A stretch of DNA of 64,000 nt from Cetorhinus maximus. Lineage: Eukaryota. Positions 24,441 through 36,277 of the stretch are shown here, piece by piece (the stretch's first letter is position 1; the number at the start of each line of letters is the position of its first letter). Made by a program: the position numbers and the translations under genes. The notes beneath the pieces are model-generated. The model was not told the DNA's origin, did not search any database, and was given only the letters and a program-made list of their open reading frames with translations. The stretch covers positions 187,426,001 to 187,490,000 of the forward strand of contig NC_135881.1 in assembly GCF_964194155.1 (NCBI RefSeq). The letters run 5' to 3'.

Positions 24441-25280
24441 TCACTTTTATAAAGTCATGCTTTATATTGAAAATTACTTTATGCATTATTGGGCTGAAAA
24501 CTGCTGGTTGAGTTATAAAAAGACTGAACTGCAGCATTCTTTTAAAACAAGTGACTTAAGACAGTAGCTAAGATGGCAGAACATTTACATCATTGTACCT
24601 TACAAACTCTGAGGCCATTAAAATGGTGTCAGCCCATCTAGAAAACCCCATCAGAGGCGATCATCTTGAAGGAGTGTGAATGTACCATCTCCTGACCCAT
24701 TCACAAAATATTCAGACAGTCACCTGTGGACTCAACTGGGTGGGGTCGAAGCATTAGATGTAATCATTTTGGACAATGGACTTTGGCTGAGAAAGGAACT
24801 TGCCCACCCATAATCTAATCATGTAAACCATGGACCTGGAATCAACTAGTTATGATCATGTTTAGATACCTGGTCAGTTGGAGAGAGGGGATAATGTGAT
24901 GAGCCAACTAACCCCATCTTCTGTGTTTAAGAAACTGCTTTCCTCCAGGCCACAAATAAAAGCAAAAGAGACACAGAAGACCACCCAGACCCCAAATGGG
25001 CACTGTCCCCCCCTCTCTCTCTCCATCCATCCTGTAAGCCAGAGCCCTGCCTGCTGTTTGACCATTCATACGCTGCAGGCAGTGCTTTAAGAATCAACCC
25101 AGCAACTGCTGACTCCATTTGAAAAGATAAACGGTCTCAACGCCGAATCCTCAGGGACCATTGAGCCCAGCCTGAAACCTCCAAGTCAATCTATTGGACT
25201 TTAAAAAACTGTTTAATCCATCCTTCCACTTTGTGCCTTACCAGCGTGTGTGTGTCTGTGAGTGAACCTTTGAATGTGTA

Positions 25281-25316
25281 TGAGAGAGAGAGAGAGAGCG
25301 AGAGAGAGAGAGAGAG
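25281..25316. repeat. (GA)n microsatellite
   Basis: Direct reading of the sequence. Confidence 0.9.
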
Positions 25317-25454
25317 TGCGTGTGTGTCGGAGCATTTTTATTTCGACTGGGTATTAAGTACAATAAAAACTGTTCTCTTTTCTTTTTAAAGAACTTACAA
25401 GGAATCCTGTGTGTGTGTCTTTTACAGTCACAGCATTTAAACAGTTAAACACTC

Positions 25455-27050
25455 AGAGACTAGGAGCTGGAGTAGGCCATTTGGCCCTTCGAGCGTGTTC
25501 CGCCATTCAATATAATCATGGCTGATCCTCTATCTCAATGCCAAATTCCCACTTTCTCTCCATACCCCTTGATGCCCCAATATCCAAAAATTTATCAATT
25601 TCTTTCTTGAATATACCCAGTGACCCAGCCTCCACAGCCTTCTGTGGTAGAGAATTCCACAGGTTGACCACCCTCTCAGCGAAGAAATTTTTCCTTATCT
25701 CAGTCCTAAATGACCTGCCCCGTATCCTGAGACTGTGTCCCCTGGTTCTAGACTCCTCAACCAGGGTAAACATCCTCCCTGCATCCAGTCTGTCTAGCCC
25801 TGTTAGAATTTTATACATTTCAATCAGATCCCTTCTCATTCTTCTAAACTCTAGTGAATACAGGCCCCGTCGAACCAATCTCTCCTCATGTGACAGTCCT
25901 GCCACCCCCGGTATCAGCCTAGTGAACCTTCAGTGCACTGCCTCTATGGCAAGTATATCCTTTCTTTGGTAGGGAGACCAAAACTGCACACAATACTCCA
26001 GGTGTGGTCTCACCATGGCCCTGTATAACTGCAGTAAGACACCCCTACTTCTGAACTCAAATCCTCTTGCAATGAAGGTCAACATACCATTTGCCTTCCT
26101 AATTGCTTGCTGCACCTGCCTATTTACTTTCATTGGCTGGTGTACATGGGCACCCATTTCCCAATATAATCACCATTTAAATAATATCCTGCCTTTCTGT
26201 TCTTCATTCACTGAACTGGCAACTATATCCTTTTTAAAAATCTGTTGTGGTCAAACAAGCAATGGGAAAAGAGGGGAGCCATTCTACCTTTCCTCATCTG
26301 ATCGCAACAATCACTATCATCCTCTGTTCACAATATTTCCAAGTTTTGTGTCATGTGTAAATTTTGAAATTGTGCCCTGTACACCCAAGTCTAGGACATT
26401 AATGTATATCAAGAATAGCAGTGGTCCTAGTGCCAATCCCTTGGGAACCCTGCTGTATACCTTCCTCCAATCCAACAAGCAACCGTTCACCACTACTTTG
26501 GTTTCATGTCCCTCAGCCCACTTCGCATCCATGCTGCTACTATCCTTTTTATTTTATATGAGCTTCAACATCACTGACAAGCCTATTAAGTGGCACTTTA
26601 TCAAAGGTCTTTTGGAAGTCCATGTACATCACATCAACTCTCCCTGTTACCTCATCAAAAAAACTCAATCAAGTTAATTAACTAAGATTTGCCTTTAACA
26701 AGTCCATGTTGGCTTTCCTTAATTAATCCACAATTGTCCAAGAGTCTGTTAGTTTAGGCCCAGATTATCGTTTCTTAAAGCTTTCCCACTACCAAAGCTA
26801 AACTGACTGGCCTATAGTTGTAGGGTTTATCTTTGCACCCTTTTTTGAACAAAGGTTTATCATCAATTCTCCAGGATTGGAAGATTATGGCCAGTGCCTC
26901 CACAATTTCCTTCCTTATTTTCCTCAGTATCCTCAAATGCATCCCATCCAGTCCTGGTGACTTATCAACTTTAAGTACAGCCAGCCTTTCTAATACCTCT
27001 TCTTTAACAATTTTTAGCCCATCCAGTGTCTTAACTACTTTATTGATCAC
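25455..27050 (-). mobile_element. CR1 LINE fragments
   Basis: VRPHLEYCVQFWSP, GLYSLEFRRMRRDLIE, RTRGHSL, KSPGLDGMH, NYRPVSL. Confidence 0.9.
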
Positions 27051-27689
27051 CATGATCATACTGAATAACAGAGCAGGTTACTCCTGCTCCTATTCATACT
27101 CTTATTTGAGCAGCACAAAACACTTCAAAGGTTTTCAGCACAAGGGTGCTTCATTGTCCTAGGCAAAGCTGTGATCATCACATTTTCCACCCAAATTGAC
27201 AGTTACTGCATTTACAAGGATGTTACTAGAGTTGAAAGGATGCAATTATCAGGAAAAATCAAGTCCAGTGGGATTCTTTTCTCTAAAAAGCAAAGACTAA
27301 GAGGAGACTTGATAGAGGTCTTTAAAATTTTGAAGACTCACAATAGGGTAGATGTGGAGAAACTTTTTCCATTTGTGATAGGTCCAGAATAAAAGGGCAT
27401 AAATACAAGTCAGACAAGGCAGGTTTCATGGTCCACAGAACCACTGCCACTTCCCCAGTACAGCGCCTCAACAATCCTAGTAATCTGAGACACGACAGAT
27501 TGCTGGGCTGCTGTGTCACCCTGCAAGCCCCATTTGAGCACTGGTATCCACAACCATGATGGCAGCAGTCTGAGCTTACATGGCAACAAGCAGAACTTCC
27601 ACTGCATCACTCAAATGTTGTGTGGTTTCTGCCTGTGCTGCAACAGAAGATGAGATATTGGCCATCAGGTGGTGAACCATGATGAACCA

Positions 27690-27828
27690 GAGCTCTGAAG
27701 AAGGGTCATACAGACTCAAAACATCAACTCTGTCTCTCTCTCCACAGATGCTGTCAGATCTACTGAGTTTTTTTCAGCATTTTGTTTTTATTTCAGATTT
27801 TCAGCATCCACAGTATTTTGCTTTTATC
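27690..27828 (+). mobile_element. Short Penelope-derived element (degenerate hammerhead)
   Basis: CTGAAGA agggtc ataca gactc AAAACATCaact plus the family tail. Confidence 0.75.
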
Positions 27829-27884
27829 AAGCATGTGAAGGTAGTGGTTCATTTGTAAAGATATGGTATTTGAAGGTGCTTCAC

Positions 27885-28110
27885 AGACCTTGACCACTCA
27901 CGTGAGGTCATTAAATATCATCCTGTATTGCACTTAGGTCCTCAGGGCTAGACTGCTTTAATCAACAGCAATGACCATCTTCTCAGTGTCTGTCTGGAGG
28001 GCCTCATGTAAATAGAGAACCTCCCTTTTCCTGTCCATCTCCTGCACCAAGGCCTCAAGAGTGCTGCATCAGAGATCCTTGGAGGCACCCTCTGCCCTGT
28101 TGCACCATTT
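27885..28110 (-). mobile_element. Remnant of a PIF/Harbinger Myb/SANT-like accessory ORF
   Basis: Frameshifted RVPPRISDAAL/EALVQEMDRKREVLY...FNDLT.VVK. Confidence 0.55.
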
Positions 28111-28194
28111 GTACTATTCTTCCTGCTCAGACACTTTCTCAGCCACTTTCACTCAGCAGCTTCTGCAGTTAGAATGCACCTCCCCTTTAAGACA

Positions 28195-29397
28195 TGTTAT
28201 AAATACCTAGTTCATGGTTCAAAGCAATATTCTGGCTGATTTTTAGTTCTGGGAAGATTAAAGTTAACTGTAGAAAATAGGATAAAGGCAACTAAAGCAA
28301 CTTGAAAGGTTATGGCCTTGTTGACTTAAGGTGTTAACAGCTAGAAATTGTAAGATCATAAAACAACGCATGGGCTTACTTAGTGGGAGAATTGGAGATG
28401 GGGTGTCTACACTGCTTGCAAGAAATGCAGCCAGAGAGCTGTTTTGTTTTGGGAGTTAAAGCTACAATTAAATTTAAAGCATTCAGTCAGCCCTGGAAGG
28501 CCATGTCGTCATGGAGATGGGTGGAGCCTAAAAAAGTTCTGGGTTTCAATTCATCCATGTGTTTGCTGGGGAAGTGAGTGTTTGGCAGCAGGGGAAAAGA
28601 CCATACCGAGAAAGTGGTGCTGTTAGCAGGGTTTAGGCAGCAAAAATGTAGCTGTTAGCTGAGTCTGTGTAGTTAGGGCTCAGGAAAAGTCCTGGGGAGC
28701 TGAGAAGGTGGCAGGAAGTCAATGGCTCTATGCTGGAAAGGGTTAGGCTCAGAAGCAGCCCTGGAAGCCATTTACAGATTGGTGTAGCTGGGGAGATTGG
28801 ATCTTGGTGAAATCCAGGGGCAGTGCTAGCCCAGTGAAACTAGCTGATTAAAGAGCTGCAAATTGCACCAGTAAGCAGAGGCTGGAGTGCAGACTCAGAA
28901 ATCCAGGGGAACAGAGTCTCAGAAGATAAGACTGAAATCCTGGCGTTGAGGCAGACCGAGTTGGAGTGACTTTGAGGGAATTCGGAGGCTTGATCTTTGA
29001 AAGGGGAAAAATTTGAAGTCCCCTATGAGGGAGACAGAGTTTCAATGAGATTAGCTGACAGTGTTTACTGACATCTGAGTGGGTTGTCGAGAAATCTGTG
29101 GAATCTGTCTTGAGCACATCTGCCATTTAATGTGCAGTGCAGTGTGTTCGACCAAAGTTTGCCTATTAATTCACAGACACCCCATATTATCCCCGAATGT
29201 TAAGAGTACAAGATAGTTATTGTAAATTCTTTGATATCTTTCTGTCTGTGTAAAGTTTATTTTTGTTTATTCAAAGCCTGTGGAATCTTGTCACTTTAAT
29301 CTCTTGAATCTCAAAATTTGTCCATTTTAAACAAAACACTATTGGTCCCTAATTGGATTTTACCAAAAACCTGGGTGTCTGGTCTAGGATCGTAACA
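28195..29397 (+). repeat. Solo-LTR-like interspersed repeat; related copy at about 47250-48645
   Basis: TGTTAT...GTAACA termini. Shares ttaacag.tagaaa...gatcataaaaca...gggcttactta...tggaga and tgtc.tcatggagatgggtgg with 47420-47750. No TSD found. Confidence 0.5.
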
Positions 29398-29977
29398 TGT
29401 GCAGGCTGGTTTTAAGTGGTTACGGCTAGGTTGAAGTGGTGCCAGCTTTACATGAACTTGGGGGCCCCCTGCTGAGGGGGTCTTCTCCTGTACCCCACTC
29501 TGCTGCATGCTACAAACATTATAATAAACAGACGGCACAAAGTTTGTGTGCTGCCTGCATCCTAATGAACAGGCATGGATTAATCACATTTTCCAACTTT
29601 CCCCTCCAGATAGCACAGATATGAAAACCTATAAACAAAAAAAGGGTAAAATAAAAGTACTTTTCTTTCCATTCCATTACCTGTTTCGCAAGCAGAGCAA
29701 AACATGGGATATTAATAGATTTCAGGAAAAGGCTGTAGTGAGGTTGCAAAGCAATGATGGCTATCATGTTGCAAAGCAGATTGCTATTAGGGTAAAAACA
29801 GAAAATTAATGGCTCAAACCTAGTTAATATTAGAATCTGCAGAACTATACAAAAGATCCAGAAGGCGATCAGCCCTGATAAAGCAACAACTAATTTCAGC
29901 TATTCTAAATGTGGCTCATTAACTAGTTAAGTTGTCAATGTGCTATATAGAAACAGCTGTAACAATTAAAAGCTTAC

Positions 29978-30084
29978 CTTTTGATCTGGTCTAATTGTGT
30001 CAACACAGCATTAACTACTCGAATGGCATCAGATGGCTCTGTGCCAGCCTTTGAAGCATTCCTGGCTGCTGTCAAACTTTCAAC
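29978..30084 (-). CDS. TRIP13: TRIP13 coding exon 9
   Basis: [35 protein letters not shown], 107 nt. Confidence 0.97.
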
Positions 30085-30369
30085 CTGTAGCACAAGGGAC
30101 AGGAGTTAACCTTGTAAAGCAGATCATGGTCTAAGTCCAGCCTTCAGGATAAACAACTAGCTTCTCCTTTCAAAAGGAAGTTTGCTAGTCAAATTCCTCC
30201 AAAATCAGTTTATTATTGAACATGTAATGTTTCTTTGTCACTTAAAATAAAAACTTACCTCTTGAGTTTCTACACAAGTGTGTTTAAACAGATTACATTC
30301 ATTTTAACAATGCATTAATGGGTTCAAAGTCTTTGATATAGGACTCCTAAAAATAGTGACACTCCCAGA

Positions 30370-31095
30370 CGAAGAAAAACAGTGCCACGGATGCAGCATT
30401 TTTAGCAAAGGGAATCCAGTTACATAGATCATTAAAATGTCATAGCCAAGTACAGAAAATAATCAAAAAGGCTAATGGAATGTTGACCTCTAGGGGACTA
30501 CAATACAAGGTGATAAAAGTCATACAAAAAAGGCCAGATTAGACTACATCTGGAGTACTGTGAGCAGTTTTGAGCAGCGCACCTCAGGAAGAATATATTA
30601 ATCTTGGGAGGAATTGTAGTGTAGGTTTATCAGAATGATAGCTGGACTCCAAGGGTCAAATTACCAGGATGGATTATTCAAACTACGGTTGTATGCTGAA
30701 ACTTGAAAAGTTAAAAGTTAAAGTTTATTTGATCAAGGTTTTCAAGATTTTAAGGGGAACATTAAGGGTAGAGAGAGAGAGAGAGAAATTATTTCCACTA
30801 GTTGGAAAGTCTAGGATCAGGGAGCATAACCTAAAAAATAGAGCCAGACTTTTCAAAATAAGAAACATGTCTACACACAAAAGCTGGTAGATATTTGGAA
30901 CTCTACAAAGAACAATTGATGCCAAATCAATTGTTAAATTTAAGGCTTACATCGATATCTTTGGTTAACAAAAATTTGGGATATATTGGGCAATGGTGGG
31001 CATATGGAGTTAGGTCACAGATCAGCCATAATCTCATTGAATATTGGAAAAGGCTCGAGGAGCTAAATGGCCGAATTCCTATTTTTATGTTCCAG
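30370..31095 (+). mobile_element. CR1 LINE 3' fragment
   Basis: LIKVFKILRG..REKLFPLVG.SRIREHNL and CR1-type 3' end. Confidence 0.8.
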
Positions 31096-31394
31096 AAATA
31101 ACACATGAGCAAACCAACTAACAGAAGTTAGATGACCCTTTTAGGTCCCTTTACAGATTCTGAGGGCATGATTTTAACTCTGTGAAAGTGGGAGTGTTTT
31201 GAATAGGTTAAATCAAACCCCTAAGATCTGGGGATTCCAGTTTAAACAATTAAGACCAAGAATATTGGATATCCAAGGTTGACTAGAAGGACTTGCTCTA
31301 GTTTGAAATGTTCCAAATAATACCAAACAGCAAAAGCCAAGATTTAGCAATACAAGCGCATGAAAATGGAAAGCAAACAGGCGGTGCTTATTGC

Positions 31395-32534
31395 CTCTCA
31401 GAACCATGATAGCCTCGTCATCACTTATCACCCCACCAGCCTCCGCATTCAAAGGATCATCCTCCGTCAACTCCAGCATGATACCACCACCAAACACATC
31501 TTCCCTTCACCACCCCCCGTCGTCATTCTGTAGGGACCGTTCCCTCCGAGACACCCTGGTCCACTCCTCCATCACCCCCTACACCTCAACCTCCTCCCAC
31601 GGCACCTTCCCATGCAACTGCAGAAGGTGCAACACCTGCCCCTTTACTTCCCCCCTCCTCACCGTCCAAGGGCCCAAACACTCCTTTTCAAGTGAAGCAG
31701 CACTTCACTTGCACGTCTCTCAATTTAGTCTACTGCATTCGCTGCTCCCAATGCAGTCTCCTCTACATTGGAGACACCAAACACAGAGTGGGTGACCGCT
31801 TTGCAGAACACCTTCGGTCTGTCCGCAAGCATGACCCAGGCCTTCCTGTCGCTTGCCATTTCAACACACCGCCCTGCTCTCATGCCCACATGTCCGTTCT
31901 TGGCCTGCTACAATGTTCCAGTGAAGCTCAGCGCAAACTAGAGGAACAGCACCTCATCTTCCGATTAGGCACTTTACAGCCTTCTGGACTGAATATTGAG
32001 TTCAACAACTTCAGATCATGAACTCTCTCCTCCATCCTCACCCCCTTTTTGATCCCCCTTTTTTCTAATAATTATTCTATATTTTTTTAGATATATATTT
32101 TTCTTTTCCCACCTATTTCTATTATTATTTTTAAAGTGTATTTCCACCCATTGTTTCATCTCCACCTTTTAGCCTATTTTGATCCCTTCCTCCCACCCCA
32201 CCCTCACTAGGGCCATCCGTCACTTGCTCATCCTGCTTTGTACCCTTAATGTCACCATTAGCACATCCTTTAGCTAATATCACTACAGTCAACACCCCTT
32301 TGTCCTTTTGTTTATGACATCTTTGGCAATCTCTCCTTTGCCTCCAACTACCTCTGGCCCTCTATCCAGCTCCACCTGTCCCACCCTCCTTAAACAGCTT
32401 ATATTTCACCACGTTTCTTATTCCTCTTTAGTTCTGATGAAGAGTCATCCAGACTCGAAACGTTAACTCGGTCTTCCTTTTCACAGATGCGGTCAGACCT
32501 GCTGAGTTTTTCCAGCAATTTTTGTTTTTGTTTG
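31395..32534 (+). mobile_element. 5'-truncated Penelope-like retroelement with GIY-YIG endonuclease and terminal hammerhead
   Basis: CNCRRCNTC; FTCTSLNLVYCIRCSQCSLLYIGDTK...RFAEH...HFN...EQHLIFRLGTLQPSGLN. TSD aggcggtgcttattgc (31379-31394) / aggcagtacttattgc (32535-32550). Confidence 0.92.
32430..32468 (+). ncRNA. Minimal type I hammerhead ribozyme motif
   Basis: AGTT-CTGATGA-a-GAGTC atcca GACTC-GAAAC-GTT-AACT: both core boxes intact, stems I and II pair, palindromic ACGT stem III. Confidence 0.75.
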
Positions 32535-32894
32535 AGGCAGTACTTATTGCACATTAGATAGTAAAGTCTTCAGAATCATCCCCTACAATGACCGATAAGT
32601 AATTCCAGGGAGGCAAAATAAAAACAAAAGACAAAAAAGCTTTGAGCAAGTCCTCCCAAATTCTATAAGGCAATGAAGCATGCTCTAGCTCATGGTTCTG
32701 AACATAAGTATTTACTTAACCTCCTCCTCCTGTGTGTTCAAATTTCCTTAGAAGGTGATTGTACATAGGAACAGGAGTAGGCCACTCAATTCCTTGAATC
32801 ACTCCACCATTCAAATCTATTTCTATTCATTGATCCTGTCCCAGATGTCAGCCTTCCAACTGCACTTTATCTCTCAAAGTCTCATATGGTGTCA

Positions 32895-33295
32895 GCCATA
32901 GTAGTGCTCTCACCTCCAAGTCAGAAGGTTGTGGGTTCAAGCTCCACTCCAGCACTTGAACACCAAAAATCTAGGCTGACAGTCCAGTGCAGTACTGGGG
33001 GAGTACTGCACTGAGGTGCCATCTTTCGAATGAGACATTAAACTGAGACTTTATCGGCCCTCTCAGATGGGCATAAAATATCCCTTGACACTATTTCAAA
33101 GATCTGGGGAGTTTGTCCTCCCCAATATTTAGCCCTCAATCATCACAAAAAACAGATTATCTGGTCATTATCATATTGTTGTTTGTGGAAGCTTGTTGTA
33201 CACAAATTGGCTGCCATATTGTATTACGCTGCAACAGCAGCTGCATTTCAGAAGAAATGAGATTGTGAAAGACACTATATAATTGCAAGTCTTAC
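32895..33295 (+). mobile_element. tRNA-derived Deu-domain SINE (SacSINE1-like)
   Basis: tRNA-like head GGGTTCAAGCTCCACTCC, Deu-like ctttcgaatgagacattaaactgag...aaaatatcccttgacactattt and L2-like tail. Other fragments near 33780, 54010/56290-56570 and 58390. Confidence 0.7.
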
Positions 33296-34381
33296 TTTTT
33301 TTGATAACATAAAATTCTCTGTCAAAAACACATCCAACAATCTTTCAAAAGTTTCATGTCCCTCATTGGCACTATCTATTTCATAGATGCACCAGCTGTT
33401 ACCTTGAAGTTATACTTCAGCTGTGTCTATATATTTTCTAAACTTGAATCCCTGTCCTCTGGTCCTTGAACCTGTGTTGATATTGAACTTTACTTGGGAA
33501 TCCAGTTTCCTTTAGGTACTCAAATACTTCAATGAAGTTACCTCTAAGCCAGCACTTTTTCCAATGTATACACCCCCAAAATCCATAAACACAAGATACA
33601 TTGTTCCGTTTAGTCGCACTTTCTCACTTCTTCCAAGATGAGAATCAACTTATGGGACTGTGCCTAGAACTGATGCACAATAGGCACAGCAGTGAACATT
33701 AGGGTTAAACACCTGTCCTGAAGTGAAGACAGGGTATGTTTTTTCTATGCCATTATTATGCTAATATAGCTATTTGAAGAAGAGCACGGAAGTTCTCTAT
33801 CGTCATCCCTCTAACCAACACCACCAAAAACAGAATAACCAATCATTTATTTCATTGCTGTTTGCAGGATCTTGCTGTGCACAAATTGGCTGCTGTGCTT
33901 GTTTACACAACATTGACTGCACTTCATTGGTCACAAAGTCTTTTGGATGTCCGGACATTGAAGATTCTACATCAATGAGATTTCTACCCAAATATTAATA
34001 GTACCATGTACTAAAATAAATTTTAAACTTATGCAGATAATAAAACATGGAATTTAGTCACTAACTTCCCCACCAAATTTCCGCCAGTTAGCATAACATT
34101 GTAAAGCAGTCCAGTGACATCTAGTGGCAGACAACCATGTTTGAGCTGAAATTCCATAAATACTGTAGGCATTGCATAAAACCACAGAGTTTACAGCACA
34201 GAAATGGGCCACTCTGGTCTCTGCCAGCGTTTCTGCTCCACACGAACCTCCTCTCACCTCACTTCATCTCATAATACTCAAAATAAAATAACTTGGAAAG
34301 CATTTATCACATGAACTGATTTAAACTTGTCTCAGTGGTGCTGGTTTTAGATGTTCTTTATGACAGAATTCACCATCTTAC

Positions 34382-34468
34382 CTCATCAATTAAAACAAAT
34401 ACAAGGGATTCTGTGTCCATAATTAAGTCCCGAATGGTTTGAAACATCTTTGTAACAAGTTTTCCACT
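34382..34468 (-). CDS. TRIP13: TRIP13 coding exon 8 (Walker B)
   Basis: SGKLVTKMFQTIRDLIMDTESLVFVLIDE, 87 nt. Confidence 0.96.
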
Positions 34469-34796
34469 CTGTTTAATAAGATATTATTAAAATTAAAATT
34501 TAGTTAGTATTAACATGCTTTACTGTTGCTCTAAAGTTCATTCTCTATATAAACATCAAATGCTTGTAAATTCTAACTTAATGGTGACACAACATTTTTA
34601 TCCTTATTTTCATTTTTGCAACAGAAATTAGTAACTATGGCAGGTATCAGTTTGCCAATCTCATCTGCTCACAAATCCAAAGGTTTGTATTACCGACCTT
34701 GTGTTCATTCATTACTGAAAACTGAAGAAGTGGTTAAATAGCAAACCTTTTGGATAAATATGACTGGTTTTCCAAGTTTACTTAGAATGATGCTCT

Positions 34797-35920
34797 TATT
34801 TTTTATTTGTTCATGGGATGTGGGCATCACTGGATAGACCAGCATTTATTGCTGATCCCTAATTGCCCTTGAGAAGGTGGTGAGCCGCCTCCTTGCAGTC
34901 CACGCACTGTTGGAACACCCACAGTGCCGTTGGGAAGGGAGTTCCAGGATTTTGACCCAGCAACAGTGAAGGAATGGCAATATAGTTCCATGTCAGGATG
35001 GTGTGTGGCTTGGAGGGAACTTCCAGGTGTTGGTGTTCCATACATCTGCTGCCCTTCTAGGTGGCAGAGGTCACAGGTTTGGAAGGTGTTGTCAAAGGAG
35101 CCTTGGTGCATCTTGTAGGTGGTACTGCTGCTGCTACTGTGCGTCGGTGGTGTTGTAGCTGGTGGATGGAGTGTCAATCATTGGGCTGCTTTGTCCTGGA
35201 TGGTGTCAGGCTTGAGTGTTGTTGGAGCTGCACTCATCCAGGCAAATGGAGAGTATTCCATCACGCTCCTGACTTCTGCCTTGTAGATGGTGGACAGGCT
35301 TCGGGGAGAAAGGAGGCGAGTTACTCCTTGTAGAATTCCCAGCCTCCGACCTGCTCTTATAGCTATAATATTTATATGGCTGATCCAGTTCAGTTTCTCA
35401 TCAATGGTAACCCCCAGGATATTGATAGTGGGGGATTCAGTGATAGCGATGCCATTGATTGTCAAGGGGCGATAGTTAGATTCTCTCTTGTTGGAGATGG
35501 TCTTTGCCTGGCACTTGTGTGGCATAAATGTTGCTTGCCACTTATCAGCCTAAGCCTGAATATTGTCCAGGTCTTGCTGCATGTGGACACAGACTGCTTC
35601 AGCATCTGAGTCGTGAATGGTGCTAAACTTTGTGCAATCATCAGCAAACATCCCACTTCTGGCCTTATAATGGAAGGAAGGTCATTGATGAAGCAGCTGA
35701 AGCCTAAGACACTACCCTAAGGAACTCCTGCAGCGATGTCCCAGGACTGAGATGACTGACCTCCAACAACCACAACCCATCTTCCTTTTAGCTAGGAATG
35801 ACTCCAACCAGTCACTTCCCACTAATTCCCACTGTCTTCAGTTTTTCTAGGGCTCCTTGATCCCACAGTCAGTCAAATGCAGTCTTGATGCCAAGGGCAG
35901 TCATTCTCACCTCACTTCTT
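34797..35920 (-). mobile_element. 5'-truncated LINE (CR1/L2 group)
   Basis: ILGVTIDEKLNWISHI...LSTIYKAEVRSVMEYS; intact 3' tail at about 34800. Confidence 0.88.
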
Positions 35921-36213
35921 ATGAAAACACAATGTACGCGAAGATTTACTCATGGTATATTAAAGAAAAATCAATAATTATCAACTCAAAATTCATAATC
36001 TAGGCTGTAGGCAAGAGTGTTATAGGAAATGTTGGTCATTAAATAAATCAACTTTTTTGTGCCTGAGAAAAACAGCATTTAACAATATGATTTAAATAAA
36101 ACAAGTTATTTAGCAAAGAGATTCTGGCTTGAAAAGGTGAAGCTTTAAAGATTACAAAATCATCTTGTCACAAGAAAGTAATCTTAACGTGAATATGTAT
36201 GGAATATATTTAC

Positions 36214-36277
36214 CTCAGAAAACCACTTAGAGAAGAGACTGTGGCTGTTGATTTCTATCAGCTGTCCATACCGGTAC
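36214..36277 (-). CDS. TRIP13: TRIP13 coding exon 7 (pore loop)
   Basis: YRYGQLIEINSHSLFSKWFSE, 64 nt. Confidence 0.97.

Noticed and set aside
26015-26677. 220-aa plus-strand ORF
   Set aside because: Antisense to CR1 fragments; no independent coding signal.
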